Source: Squalus acanthias (taxonomy: Eukaryota). Taken from it: a stretch of 64,000 nucleotides of DNA. Shown here piece after piece: positions 1 to 13,063 of the stretch. The position numbers and the translations under genes are program-made. Position 1 is the stretch's first letter, and each line of letters starts with the position of its first letter. The notes below the pieces were generated by a model. The model was not told the DNA's origin. It saw only the letters and a list, made by a program, of their open reading frames with translations, and did not search any database. Location of the stretch: contig CM059431.1 of assembly GCA_030390025.1 (NCBI GenBank), forward strand, positions 98,830,001-98,894,000, read 5' to 3'.

Positions 1-945
1 CCATAGCCATGCAAATTTTCCCCCTTCACATATTTATTCTGTAAATCATTTAATTGCAAATAAATCTGGTTAGCAGCTTAGCCTATGTGAAACATTGGGC
101 CAGAATTTACTGTAAAAATAACAGGGAGGATAATAGCGTTCATCGTTATTTTTACAGTAATGAAAATCCGGAAGTTGCTGTCCGGGCTGCGTCGCTCCGT
201 CGCAAGCTGTGCGAAAACGGCATCTCGCTGTCTGGCGCACCATTCAAATGCATTGAACAGCATGAGATTCCTGTACTTGCACTGTAGATACGGACTAAAC
301 TCGCCACAGAAAGTTAGGGCTTATCCATTTCAGTCTAAGTACCCTTTTTAACGGCGCGATAAGTCTTAATTACTGCCAAACAATCTCTCTGGCACTGAAA
401 ATTAACTTTTACAACTATGGAGTCTCATTCCTTCAGCTTTTAATTACAGTTGGAGATTTAAAAAAATTAATTACTTTTCTTTACTTTTTCTCTCTTTTTT
501 TCCTCTCTCTTAATCCAATTGTAATGTATTATCACATGGTTTGTCACATAGTTTAGTATGAGCATGCTCAGTTTGCTCTGGCCTAGTAAAGCAAGCCCAT
601 GAACTAGCAACGCTGGGCGGGCTTAACAAGGTCAATCAAGGGAAAATAGCGTGGGTTGGCCAGAAGTTGATGGAGGCGGGACTGAAACCCGACAAGTGGG
701 AGTCCCGCCTCCAAAAGCTCCCCATTGGTAAAATCCAGCCCACAGTGTTCAACCTTTGAGTGGAAAAGTTTAAGGTGAATTTGTGACACCTAAACTGAAT
801 TTTTTGCGATGTTTTACTGTTAATGCTGATGCAGAATTGTCTGTACTTTGCCTTTGCGTGTATGTATACACAGCAACAGTGGCGTTGATTCTCACAGGTA
901 CACAGGTAGCGTGCTGAGTCACTGTTCAACGGGATTGGGACAATC

Positions 946-1914
946 ATGGCCGCACCTACGGGATTCATCGGAAGCCTCAGCATGTATGACCGAGCTCGCA
1001 AATCATTCAGTTCTTACATTGAGCGGATGGAGATGTTTTTTAGGGCCAATAACATTATTGAGACCGAAGGTGCAGATGAGAATATTCAAGCTCAAAATAA
1101 AGTAATTTGTGAACGTAAAAAAGCAATTTTTCTAACCAAAATCGGGCCAGATGTCTATGGAACGTTGACAAACTTACTTGCGCCAGGGAAAGCGAAGGAT
1201 GTGTCGTTTGAAGACATTGTCGAGAAACTCGAGGACCATTTCGACCCAAAGCCATTAGAAATAGCAGAGAGCTATAAGTTTGGTATCAGAAACCAAAAAC
1301 AAAGTGAAACCATCAGTGAGCACATTGTAGCTCTTAAGAACCTGTCTTTGCAATGTAACTTCGGCACAATTTTGGATCGTGCGTTGCGAGATAAGTTTGT
1401 GTGTGGTCTGGTGGATGAGCGTATTGAGTCAAAATTACTGAACACTCCGAACCCAACATTTGACATAGCATGCAAAATTGCTCTATCTATGAAGATAGCG
1501 TCTAAGAACGCTAGGGAGTTCCGTCCAACTCAAGTGACTAGTGCAGCTGAGGTCTACAGTCACAAAGCCACCGCCGGACCTAAAGTTGTGAGACCAAGTC
1601 AAAAGCACGTTGAGAGCAGTTCAGTGAATTATTATCGCTGCAATGGAAATCACTCACCACAGACCTGCCAATACAGAAATGCGAAGTGTTTTCACTGCCA
1701 GAAGCAAGGTCATATTTCAACAGCTTGCAGAGCTAGATCTAAAGTAGGAAGTAAGAACCATTCTAGTGGCAATGCAAAGCAGCGACAACAAAAGGGAGGA
1801 GTTCACAATATTGAAGTGAACACACCTGATATTGAAGACCTGGCATCTACAGTATCTATGCCACTAGTCGCAACGCTAGCAGTTGTGAGAAAGACTTCCG
1901 TACAAAACATTTGA
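946..1914 (+). pseudogene. Gypsy gag with CCHC zinc knuckle
   Basis: 322-aa ORF; YIERMEMFF and LRDKFVCGL gag motifs; CFHCQKQGHISTAC knuckle; frameshifted at the 3' end. Confidence 0.85.
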
Positions 1915-1919
1915 TCAAT

Positions 1920-3955
1920 GACCAATATATTGATATGTGTATCGACATGGCAGCTGACTGCTCTATCATGAGTAAGGACACCATATGAGACGAAGTTTAA
2001 TCAAATACCACTTACCAAGAGTACCGTAGAGTTTAAAAACCTACTCCAGAGAAATCCTAGAGACATGTGGACAAATGGAATGTACAGTTCAACACAATGG
2101 CCAGTCAGTAAAGCTGCCTATTATTGTAGCAAAATACAACAACAGGCCAACCCTCATGGGCAAAGACTGGTTGAGAAAGTTAAAACTAGACTGGAAAAAC
2201 ATCTTCAGTGTAGATGAACTCGACACAATGCTGAACAAGTATAAAAGCATTTCTCAGACAGTTATGAGGGCATCACTGGGTATGACGCGCATATCCACAT
2301 CAAGTCCAACACGAAGCCTGTCTATTGTAAGGCAAGGCCGGTCCCCTATGCGTTGAAAAGTCAGGTGGAGGAAGAGCTAGAGAAACAGAGAGAGAACAGA
2401 GTGCTAGTAAAAACTGACAAAAGTGAATGGACTACCCCGATTGTGGTAGTGCCCAAAGCGGACAAAACTGTACGCTTGTGCGGTGACTACAAAGTTACTA
2501 TCAACCAAGCAGTTGACGATGAATAGTACCTGTTACCTACATCGCAGGATTTATACGCAGCACTCTCTGGGTCAAAGGTTTTCTCTAAGCTTAACCTGTC
2601 GCACGCTTACGCTCAGCTGAATGTTGACAAAGAGAGTCAACAGTATCTCACCATCAACACTCACAAGGGACTGTACTCATACACCAAGCTGCCGTATGGT
2701 GTAAAGTCCTCCCCCAAAATCTTCCAGGCTACGATGGATAAGATTTTGCAAGTAATTACAAATTGCTTATGCAATCAAGACGAAGTGCTGATCGCAACAA
2801 GCAGCGAGGAAGAAAATCTAGAAGTGTTAGATTTAGTGCTTCAAAGGTTGAATTCCCACAATGTCAAATTGAAAAGGAGCAAATGTGCTTTTGTGCAGCC
2901 CGAGGTTGTGTACCTTGGTCTGAAAGTTGATGCAAAGGGCTTGCAACCAGTTAAGGAAAAGGTTGATGCTGTCATCAATGCTCCAAAGCCACAGAACGTG
3001 TCTGAGTTAAGATCTTTCCTTGGCATGGTCCAGTACTACGCAGATTTCTGACCTGAGTTAGCGACCATGTTAGCTCCATTGCATGAGCTCCTCAAGAAGG
3101 ATGTCCAGTGGAAGTGGACAAAAGTGCAACAGGAAGCTTACGACGCTTGTAAGAGAAGTCTCTCTTGCGATGCTCTACTTGTGCACTACGACACAGAGCG
3201 CGAGCTTAAGTTTGCGTTTGATGCTTCTAATTACAGTGTGGGAGCTGTCATAAGCCACCTAATGGATGATGGCCAAGAGAAACCAATCGCGTTAGCATCG
3301 CGAACCCTCACAAGGAGTGAAAGAAACTACGTGCAAATTGAAAAGGAAGCACTCGCCACAGTGTTTGGAATCAAGAAATTCGGCAGAAAGTTTACCCTGA
3401 TAATCGATCACAAACCGCTCCTAGCAATATTAGGGCCCAAATCTGCCATCCCTGCAATAGCCGCATCAAGAATGCAACGTTGGGCAGTGTTGTTTTCACA
3501 ATATGACTACACGATTGAATATCGCACTTTAAAGCAAAACGCAATCGCAGATGCCTTGTCCAGGTTGCCACATGAAGATTAGTGTTGGGAGTGAAGGTCA
3601 CGCTAGGTGCAGTTAACAAAGACTTTCCCGTGAATGCAACTGAGATTGCAAATGAGACTCAAAAGGACTCAGTACTGAAAAGTGTGTATGAAAACACCTG
3701 AATGGATGGACTGATCAGTGTCTGGAAACAGAGTTGAAACCATTCCATAACCGTTGTACTGAACTGTCTTGTGAGCAAGGTTGTATCAAGTGGGGAAACA
3801 GCGTGGTGGTACCTACTTCTTTGAGAGAGAGAATTCTGGCCGAAATTCATACTGAACATCCAGGGATTATCAGTATGAAATCAATTGCAAGAAGCTTTGT
3901 TCACTGGCCTGGATTGGACAGTGATCTTGAATCATTTGTCAGCAAAGTGAATTGA
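1920..3955 (+). pseudogene. Gypsy pol remnants (protease, RT, RNase H, N-terminal integrase), disrupted
   Basis: TPIVVVPK..VRLCGDYK; degenerate YxDD (NQDEVLI); LRSFLGMVQYY; DASNYSVGAVI; IEKEALA; DHKPL; ADALSRLP; HTEHPGI..WPGLDSD. Several stops and frameshifts; integrase catalytic core missing. Confidence 0.88.
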
Positions 3956-5070
3956 AGTGAAACATATAGGTTTAAACAAATCTGAGATAGAAACAGAATC
4001 ATCTTTGAGTTTGGAACCAGAACAAAACAGCCCGAAAATTGGTTCAACACCAAAACCTTTTGTAAGGAGATCAGGAAGGCTCCGCAAACTTATTATTAAA
4101 CTGGATTTGTAGTTCATTTGTAGCATTTGTAGTTGATTTAAAAGAAAAAAAGCCAGGAGTTTTTGTTATGTGGTACATGTAATGCTGGGAAAGGTAGGAC
4201 CATAGTTTTGTTGTATTTGAGAGGGGAATATGTACATTTTTTTTTAAGGGGAAAGCAGTGTAATGTATTATCTCACGGTTTGTCACATGGTTTAGTATGA
4301 GCATGCTCAGTTTGCTCTGGCCTAGTACAGCAAGCACTTGAACCAGCAACTCATCCTATCTGTCCTTCATTTGTTCTACCCACATATATTACACCAACCT
4401 TTCTTTCCCTCTCTTTATTTCTTTGATTTGACATTGAATTCAATATTCTAACTAACACTAATACGATAACACTTCCTGGTTCAGACTGTGCTGTTCATTA
4501 ATAATTCTTCAATCTGATTAGTTAAGGAGACACACAGTTGCTTCTCTGTTCATACAGGTCCCGGATGCCCTGTAAAGGGTGCTGCGCTGTTTCCATCACC
4601 CACTTGCGGCAACTTGCTGTGCAAAAGCTCATGGAGATGAAACAGGCAAGGCCAAGTCTAACTAATGGCGGGCGTCATTCGTTCATCGGTTGCAGTAAAT
4701 TCTGGCCCATTATTATGTTTTATACCTACTACTGCATCAGTATGGCTCAGTGATAACGCTCTCATCTCAGCTTCAGAAGGTGGTAGATCAAGCCTCACTC
4801 CAGATTTTAGTGTATAATTTAAGCTGACACTTCAATGCAGTACTGAACCCTTCAGCTTAAATTATACAAAGTTTAAATTATACATATATTATTGAACAGA
4901 GGGACCCTTGAATGGGGAAAAAGAGGAAACTATCGAGTAAGCGACTTATGCCATTAATTATGCCACTTCACATTTTCAAGAGACTCTGATGTCACTTCGC
5001 CATTAACCTCACCAAAATCAGCGAGAAGTTAGTTATCAGCCCCATTCCCCCATTATAATCAACGGCTATT

Positions 5071-5305
5071 GGAGTTCTCCCCGGTGTCCTAGCCAATATT
5101 TATCCCTCAATCAACATCACTAAAAAAAAATCTGGTCATTATCACATTGCCATTTGTGGGAGCTTGCTGTGCGCAAATTGGCTGCCGCGTTTCCTACATT
5201 ATAACAGTGACTACACTTCAAAAAAGTACTTCATTGGTTGTAAAGCGCTTTGGGACTCCGGTGGTCGTGAAAGGTGCTATATAAATGCAAGTCTTTCTTT
5301 CTTTC
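5071..5305 (+). mobile_element. Deu-domain-type SINE, 3' part (SacSINE1-like)
   Basis: Matches the family seen at 9068-9285, 11284-11735, 23902-24335 and 26081-26765; ends AAAGGTGCTATATAAATGCAAGTCTTTC. Confidence 0.8.
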
Positions 5306-6916
5306 TATTGTTATTTTCCTGCATTTATGTCAGTTTTCACGCTGCTGCCTCTTAGACTTAAAAATAATGGCGCTGAAAACTTTGCAGCAGTGTGATTTAT
5401 GGATCAGTATTTGAGGAAGCAGGTTGTTTTATTTCTCGGGCTTCGGGAGACTTTGTGATGCACGGCACAGGACACATAAGAGCTCTTGGCTATGGACCCA
5501 AATTAGCATTTAATGAACATTATTGGAAAACAATCTCAGCAATCTGGATCTTTCTCTTTATCAATACAAAGCTGTCGCCTTGAGATGAAGCCTGATCCTC
5601 TGTGAGATATATTCATGTTCCAAGAAAAACCCTCATCACAGACAGTAACTTTTATAGTAGTGGCCACTTAAAACCCTTGCCCTAGAGACCTTAGCAAATT
5701 GTTAGATGACCAGACACACAGTCTGAGATAACTGAAATTAAAAGGCCGCACAAACAAATAAATGTTTTCATTATAGTTTAAAAACAATCTGATAAATAAT
5801 TTTCATCCTGGTGGTATGCATCCAATGTCAACAAAGCAACACAGATCAGCAGTAAATTAGCTATCCCTCTAACACAGCCTGAACAACAAGCAGCCATCAA
5901 TAAGTTGGCTCAACCTCCCGTTATCACTTTTTCCATTGTCAATCACAGCTCTACAATTCACCCCTAGATTAATCGTTACCTACAGAATTCCAAAGAAAAC
6001 CTTCACCGAGTAGCTAATTGGAAAAAAAAATTTAATTTTCAGTTTAATTAACCGAAGTGTCAAAAACCCAGCCGATTTCTCAACCAATTTCACATGGGTT
6101 CGTGTCTTTGATAATGGAACAAGTAATATTATTGTAGGCAAGATTTTTGAAATTAGCTTTTTCCATTTTCAGCCACTCTGCTTTGCTGTTGCTGTATTTT
6201 AAAACCACCTTATGTACTTTAGCCTTATTTTTGTATCGTGTTTTGGGCAAAAAGTACATTTTATGTAGCACTGCTATTGAGTTCAAAGATACATTGCTCC
6301 GTTAGCGGTGGGATCAGTACATTGTCCCCTGCCCGATGCTTCTGATTCGGCGCTGTGTTCGCTGTGGCATATTCTAATTACAAAGACAGGAAAATTATGG
6401 AGTAAGTTATCAATGGCGAGATCAGGAAAATTTACGGTCTAAGTTGCCCCTTCGCGCCACTGCTGGAAAATCTGGTCCATTATGTTACTCAGGCATCAGA
6501 AAAGTATTACTTTTCTCTATGTATTGCACGTGAAAAGCACAATATGATATAGCAAAGCAAACCACAACTAACAATTGCTACTTCATTTTTTTTTACTGCT
6601 TTTCATTCTTACAAGTTAAAGCTTTTGCTAAGAATACAAGCTGCTGCATCATACTGTATATCTATCACCTCGCTTGCCGCCAGCGCAAATCATAAACTGG
6701 GCCTGCCTTGCCCGTGATTTTCAAATGAATTGTCAAACTCATAAAATTGTCCTTACAACGCTGTGTGTCCTTTCCAGCCCCTTATTTCCAAGTTTCATTC
6801 CACTGTATAATCACTCATCCACCTCCACCTCTTATTTCAGTGGGGCATCTGATACCTTGCTGATATTACGGGAGATTGCCTCTCTTTCAGGTAAATATTA
6901 AGGTTGCCGTTTTTAC

Positions 6917-6997
6917 CTTGTCGAGGAGTGTGTTTTGCCACATTCGAAAGATACTGAGATAAGCTTCCTCTCTTGCAGCAAGGGATGTGAAGTGAAG
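6917..6997 (-). CDS. GRAMD1C: GRAMD1C-like exon, end of GRAM domain (LHFTSLAAREEAYLSIFRMWQNTLLDK)
   Basis: cag/gtaa boundaries, 81 bp, phase 0-0; resembles human GRAMD1C FFFTSFGARDRSYLSIFRLWQNVLLDK as recalled. Confidence 0.9.
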
Positions 6998-7912
6998 CTG
7001 GGGAAAAAATAACAAAATATTTAACTGCTGAGTTTAAAGTTGGTGTCCAGCACGATCTATAAATGTATTTGTAAACAGAAACAAGGGCATCTCATTACAT
7101 TTTTTTTTATAGTGGACCCCACTCAAAATCAATAATAAGGTCAAACCGCACTAAATCCTTTTCAAAAATTGTAAATTTACCCTTGAATGTCCTTTTAAGA
7201 TTAGTTTTATAGAAATGCGCATTTATTTTGTATCTTATCACATCTCAACACAATTTTTTTTAAATACTGCTACTGTTGTTATGTAGGTAAACGTAGCTGC
7301 CAATCTATGCACAGCAAGACCCCACAAGGAGCAATGAAACGAATGACCAGTTGATGTATTTTTGGTGTGTTGGTTGGTGAATGTTGGCTATAACGGAAAG
7401 AGAGCTTGTTAAGAAAGGAAACCAACTTATTAACTAAAGTTACTGATAAGGGATAAGTTCAATTAAATTCTCCTTATATGGAGTTGTATTTTAACTATTG
7501 TATAATGACATAAAGCAGCAAATTGCCACAAAGTCGGGGGTGAGAGAAATGTATAAAAAGTGTCAGATGTTAATGACTATTTGGATCCACAAAGGTCTGC
7601 TCAACCTGTATGCTGAGCTCATAACTGCAACACGTTTGAGTCCCCAACCTATCCATGCCCTGGTGTGGTTGTAAGTGCTATCTGTTAAGTACTATTGCAT
7701 GTACTGTATGCTTGATAAACTATGAACGCTGGCCTCAACGTTTAAGAATATTATTGCTTTGAGGAGTAGTTAGAACTATAGTTATAAATAAAAACCATCC
7801 TCAAATCGTCTGATTTGCAGATACTGGTTCTTCTCAGGACCGTGGCTACCAGAGACAGCAACCACATCAGTCTCATGATGCTCAGACAGACAAAAGAGCT
7901 GCTGGTCATTCA

Positions 7913-8115
7913 TAAAATCATACAGCACAGGAGGTTATTGGGCCCATCATGCTGTGCCGGCTCTTTGAAAGAGCTCTCCAAGTAGTCCCACTCCCCCTGC
8001 TCTTTCCCCCAGAGCCCTGCAATGCTTTCCCCTTCATTTATTTATCCAATTCCCTTTTGAAAGTTACTATTGAATCTGCTTCCACCGCCCTTTCAGGCAG
8101 AGCATTCCAGATCAC
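7913..8115 (-). mobile_element. CR1 LINE 3' end fragment
   Basis: Same sequence as the CR1 3' terminus at 37094-37310. Confidence 0.7.
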
Positions 8116-8612
8116 AATTGGCTCTACCTCACTCATTCAGATGGCATCTAGAAGAAGTTCATAGTTCGCACAAAGTATTATAGCACGTAGAGGCACAAAG
8201 GGGAAGCACTATAAAGACTGAGGAACTTCTGTGCCTTATGACACATGTTGGTGTAATAAATTTTAATTATACTTTTCCAGCTTTTATTCCCTTGGCAGTA
8301 CTTAGTGTTGTGGAAAAGGGAGATGATGATGTTTGGCTTGTTATTGGAACATTCCAAATAACTGTAAAGTTGAGCTTGCAATGTTGTGGGGAGGTATTGG
8401 CAATTACAGATATTGGGGTCTGAATATCTCCATGAATATATAAATTAATTACTTTCTCCATGAGAACTTGTCCCTTAACAGAGGACCTCTGACATTTCTT
8501 GGACCAGGCACATAAGAAGTCTCGGGATCATGGTCTTTCTCCGTCTCATCAGTATTTACTTCCACGTCCTCCTCCCTTTCCCACAGTGGTTCCTCCTCCG
8601 CCTGCTGCTGGA

Positions 8613-9063
8613 TGCATCAGGCAATAACTATTCTCAATACTTGTGCTACAGCCTATTGTAGAGCACCACTGAACCTGTCCAGACAGTGAAATGGTGCTTT
8701 CAGTATTCCAAAGGTGCATTCGATTATGATTCTGGTGGTTGCTTCGGCCTTGTTGTACATCTCCTCAGCATCACTGTGAAGAATACTGACTGTGGTCAGT
8801 AGACATGTCTGAAAAGGGTAACCCTTATCTTCAAGTAACCACTTGGCCTCGGATCAACTACACAGGTGACTGCCTCATTATAAATGCATCATGGCACCTG
8901 CCAGGATACCTTGCATTGACCTGCAGGATCTTATGCCTGTGGTCACATACCAGCTGCACGTTTAAAAATGATATCCCTTTCTGTTAATGTATGCCACTGT
9001 ATCTTTTACTGGTGTTCTGATAGCCCCACATGAGTGCAGTCCACAGCCCCTTGCACCCTTAGG
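8613..9063 (-). pseudogene. PIF/Harbinger DDE transposase remnant (HARBI1-like)
   Basis: Minus-strand translation gives VQGAVDCTHV, YINRKGYH, LNVQLVCDH, ARYPGRCHDAFI, WLLEDKGYP, IECTFGILK..FHCLDRFSGALQ, with stops and frameshifts. Confidence 0.85.
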
Positions 9064-9067
9064 ATGC

Positions 9068-9285
9068 CTCCCAATATTTATCCCTCAATCAACATAACAA
9101 AAACAGGATTATCTGGTCATTATCACATTGCTGTTTGTGGGAGCTTGCTGTGCGCAAATTTGCTGCCGCGTTTCCTACATTACAACAGTGACTACACTTC
9201 AAAAAAACTTCATTGGCTATAAAGTGCTCTGGGGCGTCCGGTGGTCGTGAAAGGTGCTATATAAATGTAAGTCTTTCTTTCTTTC
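9068..9285 (+). mobile_element. Deu-type SINE 3' part, abutting the Harbinger remnant
   Basis: Same family as 5071-5305. Confidence 0.8.
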
Positions 9286-9787
9286 CCACTCTAAACAGCT
9301 CAATCAATGCCCTCTCACGTTGAGAAGCTGCATCCATGGGAAATTAAAAATAAACTGGCCAACTCTAGTGAATAGTCCATCGGTCAAGTTGCAACTTGAT
9401 TGTAGACTGTGAAATGTTGCAGAGATCCCCTGTACTGGACTAGACAGGAAGGATCCCAATGCATAATTCCAGTGCAGTTGAAACCTTCACCTCCATGGAC
9501 AGATCATTGGAGCAGTGTTAAACACTTCTGTCAGCATTACACCCCTTTTTAATTTGCTTAATCAAATTATCAATGGGAGGAAAATATGGTTCCTCTGTAT
9601 CTTTTTTTTCCTACAAAATATCTATGTTGTAGGACCTTTTCAAGGCTGAGTATCTCAATATTCTTAGGTCCTAATAGTTGTGTGCTTGTACTTCTTACCG
9701 CTTCTGGTCCATGATTCAAATGGTTTGCCTTATAAATTAAGCATTATGCCACAATACTGAAAACATTTATATCAGATAAAATGTTAC

Positions 9788-9883
9788 CTTATCAGTTGCT
9801 GTACAGATCTGAATAGCATTGGGTATCAATCTTGCAGTTTTCTCTTTTGTCATGGAGGTAATCTCCTTCAAGGAAATTGTAAT
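9788..9883 (-). CDS. GRAMD1C: GRAMD1C-like exon (ITISLKEITSMTKEKTARLIPNAIQICTATDK)
   Basis: ttttacag/gtaa boundaries, 96 bp, phase 0-0; MTKEKTARLIPNAIQI is the GRAMD1-family GRAM signature. Confidence 0.93.
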
Positions 9884-10086
9884 CTGTAAAAGGATGATTT
9901 ATCAATGAATAAATGTACAGATCGAGTAATGGAGCCATTTTATTTTAATAATGATTTGTGATACTGTATGAAATGCTAACTATGGGCAATGCAAAAGCAC
10001 AATGACTACCACTCATTTAAAATGTTTCAAAACTATAGGAAAAGTAGAAAGGTTGTACTATGATAAACTGTGAATTTAAACAACTC

Positions 10087-10862
10087 ATAAGAACATAAGA
10101 ACGTAAGAGTTAGGAGCAGGAGTCGGCCATACGGCTCCTCGGGCCTCCTCCGCCATTCAGTAAGATCATGGCCGATCTTCAATCTCAACTCCACTTTCCT
10201 GCCCCATCTCCAAATCCCTTGCTTCCCCTAGAGTCCAAAAATCTACCTATCTCAGCCTTGAATATACTCAACAATTGAGCCTCCACAGCCCTTTGGGGTA
10301 TAGAATTCCAAAGACTCACAACCCTCTGAGTGAAGAAATTCCTCCTCATCTCAGTCTCAAATGGCCGACCCCTTATCCTGAAACTATGCCCCCTAGTTCT
10401 AGACTCTCCAGCCAGGGGAAAAACTTCTCAGCATCTACCCTGTCAATCCCCCTCAGAATCTTATATGTTTCAATGAGATCACCTCTCATTCTTCTAAACT
10501 CCAGAGAGTATAGGCACAATCTACTCAATCTCTCCTCATAGGACAACCCTCCCATTCCAGGAATCAATCTAGTGAACCTTTGTTGCACCACCTCTAAGGC
10601 AAGTATCTCCTTCCTCAGATAAGGAGACCAAAACTGTGCACAGTACTCCAGGTGTGGTCTCACCAAGGCCCTGTACAATTGTCGCAAGACTTCATTACTC
10701 TTGTATTCCAACCCCCTTGCAATAAAGACCAACATGCTATTTGCCTTCCTAATTGTTTGCTGTACCTGTATGCTAACTCTCTGTGTTTCCTGAACAACAA
10801 CATTTAATAGTTTCTCACCATTTAAAAAATATTCTGTTTTGCTATTCTTCCTATCAAAGTGT
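10087..10862 (-). mobile_element. CR1 LINE, 5'-truncated 3' end
   Basis: ORF 10373-10882 with LYRALVRPHLEYCAQFWSPY and RRMRGDLIETYKI; short repeat tail (CATAAGAA)n. Confidence 0.9.
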
Positions 10863-11283
10863 GTTCCAGCATACTCTACCAACCAGGTAAATGACCTGCT
10901 GGTGTCAATAAGTCAAAACTCTGCTTGATCACAGCACCTAAATTGCGTCCCAACTCATCTCTATATAAATAAAACTCTTGCAACCAGCGCATGTCCTTAG
11001 GGTGTGCTAAAGTGTCCATCATACTTTGAAATGTCACTCATGAAAAGTATCTGCTACCCAATCTCCACCCAATTGGCTCAAAAATCATATTCATAAAACA
11101 GCTAATTACAGTTAACTGATTGCCTCAGCATCATGAAGTGCTGGCCTTCCATGGAGGGTGAAGGCATCCTCAGATTCAGCCTTTGTGACTTGCATCAGTC
11201 AGTTGCTCCAAGGTGGGCTTGTCAAACATTGATGGTTGTCCTGCCCCCAGTCTCAGCAAAAAGCCACGGATAAGTGAGATGAA

Positions 11284-11735
11284 TGAAAGAAGGAAAGACT
11301 TGCATTTATATAGCGCCTTTCATAACCTCAGGACGTCCCAATGTGCTTTACAGCCAATGAAGTACTTTTGAAGTGTAGTCACTGTTGTAATGTAGGAAAC
11401 GCGGCAGCCAATTTGTGCACAGCAAGCTCCCACAAACAGCAATGTGATAATGACCAGATAATCTGTTTTAGTTATGTCAGCTAAGGGATAAATATTGGCC
11501 AGGACATCGGGGAGAACTCCCCTGCTCTTCTTCGAAATAGTACCCATGGAACTTTCACATCCACCTGAGAGGGCAAACAGGGCCTTGGTTTAACATCTCA
11601 TCCAAAAGACGGCACCTCCGACAGTACCGCACTAGAGTGTCAGCCTAGAGTATGTGCTCAAGTCCCAGGAGTGGGACGTGAACCCACAACCTTCTGACAG
11701 AGGCAAGAGTGCGACCCACTGAGCCACGGCTGATA
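11284..11735 (-). mobile_element. Near full-length tRNA-headed Deu-type SINE
   Basis: Reverse complement begins GCCGTGGCTCAGTGGG (A box) and contains GGGTTCACGTCCC (B-box-like), followed by the family body and tail. Confidence 0.85.
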
Positions 11736-11915
11736 CTACTAATTATAACTGCTCATGGCTGGCAGAAACAGCTGAACTGATGGCGAGTTGTGGGAGTGGT
11801 GAGACAACTCACCATCCATGCCATCCAGCCAGCCAGCCCACTTGAATGACTCAAACAAAGCCAGAAAGAGAATAGGCCTAGGCAGCCATCACAGTAGCTG
11901 TTGCAGGAACATCTT

Positions 11916-12669
11916 GGGGGCAAAATTGGGTCGCGCCCCCTTTGGGGCGCTACTTTTAGTGCCCTGAAAAAGTTAGCGCCCCCGCACTCGAAATTCACTG
12001 GTAGCACCCCAAGAGGGAGGCGGGGCACTACTGGAAGCGCTCTGCCTCCCTCTTGGGGAGCTGCAAGTGAATATCACGGCGCTACGTGCAGCAGCACCAT
12101 GCGCTGTGGCACATCGCGCCGCGGTACTGCAGGCCTTCCTCCCCTTATTAAAGGGGAGGGGCCTAGCGCAGCGTGACCCGGGGCCCAGCTGGGCCACCAG
12201 GGATCGGAGTACCGGCAAAAGAGCCCGGCACTCAAGAGGAGTGTTGGGCTCACAGAGCGCAGCCGGCACCCCGTGGGGGGGGCTGCACAGGAGGCCGGGG
12301 ACAGCAACGGGGGCAGGTGCTGGCAGGCGGCCAGCAACAAAAATGGCCACCTGGCACCTCCCCTTTAATTTGCGCCACCCTGGCCGCAGGTAGGCCCCCT
12401 TGACCCTGTCGGACATAGCGTCCAGCGGTAAGTCAGGGGGCGCTACCGAAGATCGCGGCCGAGAAGCAAGCGGGGCGCTGCGCACGGCGATGACGTCATT
12501 GCTGGAGGCACAGCGCCGCGGGGCGCTAACGGTTACCGCCGCCGCTAATCTCCCGCTGAATTTCGCGGGAGGCGTTAGCGGCACCACGCCCAGGCGCTAG
12601 TTGCTTTGTGCCCTGTTAGCGCCCTCTTAGGGTGCTAATGGGAGGCGCAAATCAACCAAATTTTTCCCC
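11916..12669. mobile_element. GC/CpG-rich non-autonomous Harbinger-type element
   Basis: Termini GGGGGCAAAATTGG / CCAAATTTTTCCCC, 3-bp CTT duplication; highly similar copy at 50114-50834. Confidence 0.8.
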
Positions 12670-12959
12670 CTTTATGTCCTTGTAGAAGGAGGTAACAAGT
12701 CAATCCTGTTACAGGAAGTGCTTGGCGGCATTAAACAGCCAGCCGCCAGCAGATGGGAGTAGAAAATATACCCTACAATATTCTTCAGCAAAGGGTAATT
12801 GTTTGGCCATTACTAGAGTTATTGCATTGCCTTATACATGCATTACATTTGACTTGGAAGCTGTTAATACTCTAAACAAGGCAAATAGCAGATATGATCC
12901 ATTTTTATGCATACTCAAATTAGTCACTTGGCACACCCTCTCCGTGAAAAATTACTCAC

Positions 12960-13063
12960 AGATGTTTCCCAACGAAAGATGTTGCTATGAAAGCAAAACC
13001 AGTTCTCAGTGAGGTATAAACGTCCGTGAAGCAATATGTCCTTCTGCAATGCACATGCATGAT
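12960..13063 (-). CDS. GRAMD1C: GRAMD1C-like exon, GRAM core (dHACALQKDILLHGRLYLTENWFCFHSNIFRWETS)
   Basis: tag/gtgagt boundaries, 104 bp, phase 1-0; CALQxDILLxGRLYLxENWxCFxSNIFRWET is diagnostic of GRAMD1 (Aster) proteins. Confidence 0.95.

Larger units (their letters stand above)
520..4393 (+). mobile_element. Ty3/Gypsy LTR retrotransposon, decayed
   Basis: LTR-homologous segments start TGTAATG at 520 and 4259 (about 7 mismatches in 92 bp). The 3' LTR ends ATTACA at 4393 and is preceded by a polypurine tract AAGGGGAAAGCAG. Flanks CCAAT/CCAAC form the target duplication. Internal order is gag-PR-RT-RNaseH-IN. Confidence 0.93.
97..4708. mobile_element. Non-autonomous PIF/Harbinger-type MITE (~740 bp), split by a Gypsy insertion (arms 97-519 and 4394-4708)
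   Basis: Perfect 16-bp terminal inverted repeat GGGCCAGAATTTACTG (97-112) / CAGTAAATTCTGGCCC (4693-4708) with a 3-bp ATT duplication on both sides. An uninterrupted inverted relative is at 51074-51820. Confidence 0.8.

Noticed and set aside
11753..12600. Overlapping long ORFs, also at 50135-50673 and 34765-35289
   Set aside because: They arise from high GC content in a multicopy TIR element; frames differ between copies and no domain is recognisable.
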